Shown here: positions 58,518 to 64,000 of the stretch, in pieces | Layout of the letters: each line of letters begins with the position of its first letter | Position numbering within the stretch: the first letter of the stretch is position 1 | From: Laetmonice hystrix | Taxonomy: Eukaryota | Direction: 5' to 3' | Length of the DNA stretch: 64,000 bases | Assembly: GCA_965235115.1 (NCBI GenBank) | Contig: OZ249451.1 | Coordinates: forward strand, 20,336,001-20,400,000 | Translations under genes and position numbers: made by a program | Notes under the pieces: generated by a model | What the model was told of the DNA's origin: nothing | Database searches by the model: none | What the model saw: only the letters and a program-made list of their open reading frames with translations

Positions 58518-61500
58518 GACCATTTCATTCTGTATTCCCTGGGCGTGAATGCAGAGGCAATATTCAGGTAGCCTGGACCCCCTTTTAATGTCCTTTTTCT
58601 CATGTTTCCTGAATTCGCTAATATTAAACCCCCTTTTTGTCAGACTTCCCTGACCCCCATTTAAACCAAATTTTAGTCCTGCCTTTTATACGGGGCAATC
58701 GTTGGTCGTGGCTAAGTGAATGAAGCCATCAGGGTGAAGGTTTGGTCGAGAGGGTGAACGATTCAATGCCCCACGACTGGCTACCACGGCTTGCCGCTGT
58801 GTCAAATTACCCCCACTACTGGGGCACTTAGTAATTACCACCGCTAGACTCCAGCGGCAGTCATTTCCAGGCATTTCTAGGAACATCCTTGGAGCGATGG
58901 CGTGCCTGTCACGGTCCATGCACCCTCTGGCGTTGTCATGCCAACTGTAAAACGCCCCCCCCCCCCCGCCCCCCCCCCCCCCGCCGAGTTGTAGGGATGC
59001 TATTTATTTTATCAATGCGACGAGAAAGCAACTAATGGAAGTTGTTCATATTTTACTGTATCTCACAGTTTTTTTTTTATAAAAGATACTCAAGAATCGA
59101 GAGTGTTTTAACAATACCCGTGGACGGGGACGTACATTATGGGACCATTTTGTAGGTCAACACGTAAACGCTAAGAGCTCAATGCCACAAACAGCGATGG
59201 TGATGTAACTTATCTAGAAAATCATTGATGGATTTTTCTTTCGCCTTTACCCCCCCCCCCCCGCCCCCTCTTCTACTTACAGAAATATCAGGGGAGGCCT
59301 CAATATTTTCCAGTTGTGTGCACCTATAAAGTCACGCCTGCTGATCAGTGCGCATGCGTGTGGTATTGGTTTAATGGCAGCGTGTTTGAAGTTTGATCAT
59401 GTCTACTGGTCGGGGGGGGGGGGGTGGGGGTGGGTGGGTGGGGGGGGGTGGTGTTCCGGCACATCCGGGCAACAGCGATGACGGAGAGAGAAAAACCAAC
59501 TGATTGAGAAACGCCATTGTTGAAGATAATACCTTGGTGATATTAGCAGTGCGCTCTAGACGTTGATAAGTTGTAATGAATTTGTTTGTTTATAAACGAA
59601 ATCATAAATTATTTTCTCTGACTCCTATTTGGAACTCCCCCCCCCCTCGTTGAGTACGTTTAAATCATGCCATATATGTTTGTGCATGTGCTAGAGTTGG
59701 GGGGAGGGGGGGGGGTAGACATCCATAGCTATCTCACACCCTCGACGCATGCGTATTGATCAGAAACACACCGAGATAAGATCTTCGATTGTTGAGGCGC
59801 TGTACGGATCCCCACGAGAATCAAACAGTGGGTTGTGAGGGTAGGTCGGGGCAGGGGGTTGCAGGAGGTGGGGTTAGGGTTTGTGACGGCTGGTGAGAAT
59901 ATTCTCAAACCACCAGCCAACGTTCACATGCCATTTTCTCCCGAAATTAGCGAGAAAACAAACGCATATTAAGTATTGATATTACCCCTCATCCATTCTC
60001 ATTTTGTCGTGCCACGTAAGCGAAAATCTGCCGCGTCGACTGAGTGGTCCATCACGCGACTGGTTCTTAAAATTCTCATCGCTTGCTTTCCTTATTTGGC
60101 AATTAGTCTCGCCTATTAAAGTCGCCATATTAACCATTGATATAATGATGGCTCCCGCCTACTCAGACATAATTAGCCATTCATGATTCAATTTACCACA
60201 ACATCCAAATCGTCGACAGAACAATGAAGATTGTTCCGAAGTTCTTTTTCTCTCGACATCTACGAGAGAAGAAAAATAACGTTGTCATGGAGATGTGATA
60301 CTGATGTTTGTGTAGATACGAATATTAGTTGGAGCGAATGTCATGTGATGTACGCGCATCCGACACATGCCTTCCTGGTAAAATATGTGTCAATAATGGA
60401 GATGCATTCCGTGTGTTGATATATATATGCAGACATATACAAATCAGAAGTTATATGAATATTCATCGGGAACCACCTCCCCTCTGTATAAATAGATGCT
60501 ACATGTCGATGTGATTGACGTTATCTATAGATGAATCAAGGTAGTTGGGTTAGAAATAACGTAGGTTCCGTGAACAGAGGGACCTATATATTATGACCTA
60601 CATTTCCTCCTGGGGTGGGGAGAGCTTAGATCGTTGGCCTGATCAATCCTTACTGTATGGAACAGTTCTATGGTTCTTGTGATGATGAAGACGTCAGACT
60701 ATAGGCTGTGCTCTCAGGGAGTGCTTCACCTTGTATCTGGGATAGGGATGTATCCAGGATACAAACCAACCACTGAGGCCCAGTTCACGTGGGAGGGGGT
60801 CATTAGGGCCATGGTGTGAATTAGCCTGAGTGGTTGTGGGGTCCAGCCACCCCCCCCCCCCCGCCCCCCGCCCTCGGACCCTCAACCCGGCCGTGTCAAT
60901 CGGCCGAGCGCCCCATTTTGGAAATGATCTTCGATTTGGGGCAGTAAATGGAGTCGAATCCATTCGCCTAATTATGGGCGAATAACTAAGTAATGGTAGT
61001 GAACAACGGTCATTAGGCGAGTTGGTAATGGTATGGAAGGGTGGGAGGAAGGGTGGGGTAAAAGGACCGTTTGTCTATCCACCCCCCACCCCCCACCCCC
61101 GCCAGCCACTCCGCTCAGATCAGGCGCAATATTTGCCCAGACTGAGCGCAGGTTCATGGCAGCCTCGCTTTAACTTCTGAAGACACCATTATTGACAATC
61201 AATGGATTTACTTTACACTGTGTGTGGCGTGTGAAGACACGGGACTCTGGGGAGGGGTGGGGGTGGGGGTGATTGTAACAGGCCAGGTCTAGAGACACTG
61301 CACGGCCGATCGCGGAGGGAGACAGAGAGAGGGGCCATGGAGGGGGGTGTTGAGGTCAGGAGGGACGCAGGGCAGGCCGGGGAAAGCCGTCAGACCTGCT
61401 CTGAAGTGGCCGTCGCAATTTCCACAAAAAGGACTGCCTGTGATGTTTTGATCAAAGCGAGTAATATGAAGGTTCTGGCCTCCGAGGGAGAGCCCAACTG

Positions 61501-62807
61501 CTGTCATATGGACCAGTCCCTCGTGACGTGTCGACTGGCAGCCCTCACAAACTCCACCAATTTACATGTCAGGTTTTTTCGGTCTGTTTTCAACCAAATA
61601 TGACATACAGCAGAGGGATAGGGGCCGTTTTTATAACAGTAAATTGTTCTGTTTTGTTAGGCTACTCTATTTATATTCTTTATGTGAGGATATCCTATTT
61701 ATAATAAATTCTTTTAATGTGTATTTGTGTCGACATAATATGAGCTACATTATATTAAGATACCACATGGATGAATGAATCAATGAAAATATTAAGAATA
61801 AATAAATAAATATTTTAATATGGGCAAACCTTTATAAGACCTGAATGGGTATTAAAATGGCCATATTGGGTGTCCATGCTTTCCGCCTGATAATCCTTAC
61901 GAGGTGGGATTATACATGTCTATTGACTGGATGATCTCCAGTTGTAGCAGGGCGCATACCCGGTCAGCCGATAATCTGTGACTGACACCAGCCTGGGGCG
62001 TGGCGGGGGTGTTCAAGGTATCACCCCTGATCAAAGGAAGACTGTTCAAACCCTGAGTTCACACCAAAACGGTTGAACGCATTCACTAGCCTCCTGTGCT
62101 TTTGACACGGACGGTCGCCACTGTGCTTAGAAAATATCTTTACAAAGAGATGTAAACATAGGGTAAAAAATCCACCGGAAAAAAATGAATGGGGGGGGGG
62201 GAGGATAAACCCGCTTTGACGTGAAAAAAAATCCGTTCTTGAACTTTTGAAGGAGGACAATGAAATGAAAGTGGTAGGAGAAGTCTATGGTCTCGCGAGA
62301 AATGACGTGGACTTTGACCGGACAGAGATCTCGCTGGCTCTCTCCAGTTTCATAACAGATTCAAGGTGGTGACGATTTGATTAACATATGAATGGCAGTG
62401 ACAGCAGGTAACTTCACCTTGGGTCATAGCGGTCAATGAGACGGTAATGAATAACCCCGACACCTCGGCTACAAGCCGTGGTGACAATGGCCGGCCCCAA
62501 GGGGGGCCGTCGCGTGAATAAATATCATCCATTTTGGAAGTCAAAATAATAAAGTGTTTTATCTACTCAGCCGGCGTCGCGATATTATGACACAGGATTG
62601 GCTGACGTGTAAAAAAGAGGCATGAGCGCGTAACAGGTTTTAGCGATGAGATAATACCCTAAATACAACCACCTCCCCACCTGGCCTTTCCCTACCGGTC
62701 TATAGATACATTACAGTATATGTATACTATACTGGTTCCAAGTCTCGCGCAGTCTCGTTTAACCCGAGATGACGGACGGTGATAGAAAGACGCTATGTCC
62801 TGCGCCG

Positions 62808-62821
62808 CCGCCAGGGGGCCG
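62808..62821 (+). promoter_or_regulatory. Candidate CTCF site (CCGCCAGGGGGCCG), orientation opposite to the others
   Basis: Perfect 12-nt core CCGCCAGGGGGC. Confidence 0.55.
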
Positions 62822-63609
62822 GCCGTCCTTCGGCTGCACACGGCCTATTAATTTTCAAATCACAGCAACAAATTGGGAAATGCTGCTTTCAGGTGGTCCT
62901 CTCGAGTAACACAATTACTGCCATGACCGCCACCTGAGCTTGTTCTCAGCTGCGGTAATTTGTAGTGGACCATGTTACATGGAAATATGGGGGGGGGGGG
63001 GGTGAGGGGCGTTTGTTGTCTGGGTATAAGGGGGCACATATACCAGTTATACATACTGTATGAAGTAGAGCCTGTGAATGTATGGAGGATTGATTGGATA
63101 TGGACTATTAGTATTATTGTCCCTACGTTTGTAGACGCCCCTACGTGCGCATGTTTCCATGCATGGTAGCACGCATACAATGCAAGTCAAGTGTGCGTTT
63201 TCTAATGTACCAATAATCATCCCAGCTAATTGTTAGCTCAGCATTTTAGCGTGTTCCTAGGTGATCCATTTTGTGACTGACTGGACTGGCGAGCCGGGTC
63301 CAGACCAGTTCAAGTCTTTGTTTAATGTTCCTACGGACCCGCTCTGTGTCCAAACACACGCAATCGCATGTAACCGTGAAGCGACGTCGATTGCAATTTG
63401 ATCGTGATAGCAGGGAGAGAGCTAGTTTGCTGTTGGCGATACGGTGGGCAGCAGCGATGGGGTTGGAATTGGGACTGAAGTTTGGGGGGTTGGGGGGTTG
63501 GAGGGGGGGGGGGGTTGGAGGGAGGCTCTATCGCTTCTCACACACAAGTTATTATTATCAATATGCGTGTAGGCATAGCAAGCCAACGTCCCGCAACGTC
63601 CCAGACAGG

Positions 63610-63833
63610 TCTGCAGGAAATTACCCATTCCGTTACTCTCTGCAGGTCGCAAGAAATCGGCCATTTCGTTACTCTCTGCAGGTCGCAAGAAATCGGCCAT
63701 TCCGTTACTCTCTGCAGGTCGCAAGAAATCGGCCATTCCGTTACTCTCTGCAGGTCGCAAGAAATCGGCCATTCCGTTACTCTCTGCAGGTCACAGGAAA
63801 TCACCCGTTCCGTTGCTCTCTACAGGTCGCAGG
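63610..63833. repeat. 36-bp tandem repeat (tctgcaggtcgcaagaaatcggccattccgttactc), about 6 copies
   Basis: Direct reading. It explains the RYSLQVARNRPF repeat ORF. Confidence 0.95.
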
Positions 63834-64000
63834 TCTGAAGCGTGTTTTTAAATGCATGTTGTGTTTTAACTCAGTGATCTTGAAATGCAAAATGCCTCAC
63901 TCGGAGCCCATGAGAGAGATATTCAATACTTCTCGGGTTCTCTGTATACCGCGCGAAAAAAACAACAACAGAAAATGACGCAAAATGGCAGAGGAAAGGT

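Noticed and set aside
6871-58933. Additional CTCF-like words at 6871, about 22955, 36892, 37551 and 58920
   Set aside because: Each has mismatches at informative core positions and cannot be separated from background without a PWM scan.
63818-63827. CTCTACAGGT resembling part of miR-993-3p (expected between Dfd and Hox3 in protostomes)
   Set aside because: It is a variant unit of the 36-bp repeat, with no seed match and no 5p arm. I found no miR-993 in the window.
63325-63978. RYSLQVARNRPF repeat ORF
   Set aside because: Translation of the 36-bp tandem repeat.

Overview
Animal (non-vertebrate bilaterian) genomic DNA from inside a Hox cluster. The only protein-coding gene I can support is a two-exon Hox4/Deformed gene on the + strand: exon 1 44377-44929, exon 2 48528-48868, 297 aa after splicing, with an MTMSSFLMNS N-terminus, YPWM hexapeptide, homeodomain and LPNTK group-4 signature. 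A miR-10 hairpin (6218-6295, mature arm identical to canonical miR-10a-5p) lies about 38 kb upstream on the same strand, its classic Hox5-Hox4 position. No other homeobox is present, so Hox5 and Hox3 presumably lie outside the window (inference). From recall, the homeodomain N-arm ([17 protein letters not shown]) looks most like lophotrochozoan Dfd, but the taxon cannot be fixed from sequence alone. The rest is non-coding: many minisatellites (13-104 bp units), about 30 long G/C homopolymers, three N-gaps and candidate regulatory elements. The best leads are a Hox4 promoter/5'UTR resembling the vertebrate Hox4 leader, a set of mostly co-oriented CTCF motifs, a perfect DR5 (RARE-type) element 7.4 kb 3' of Hox4, a CRE cluster 3' of Hox4, phased POU and K50-homeodomain site arrays, and a 104-bp satellite whose unit looks like a Helitron 3' end. 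All other ORFs in the supplied track appear spurious. Motif calls were made by eye and chance expectations are rough estimates.
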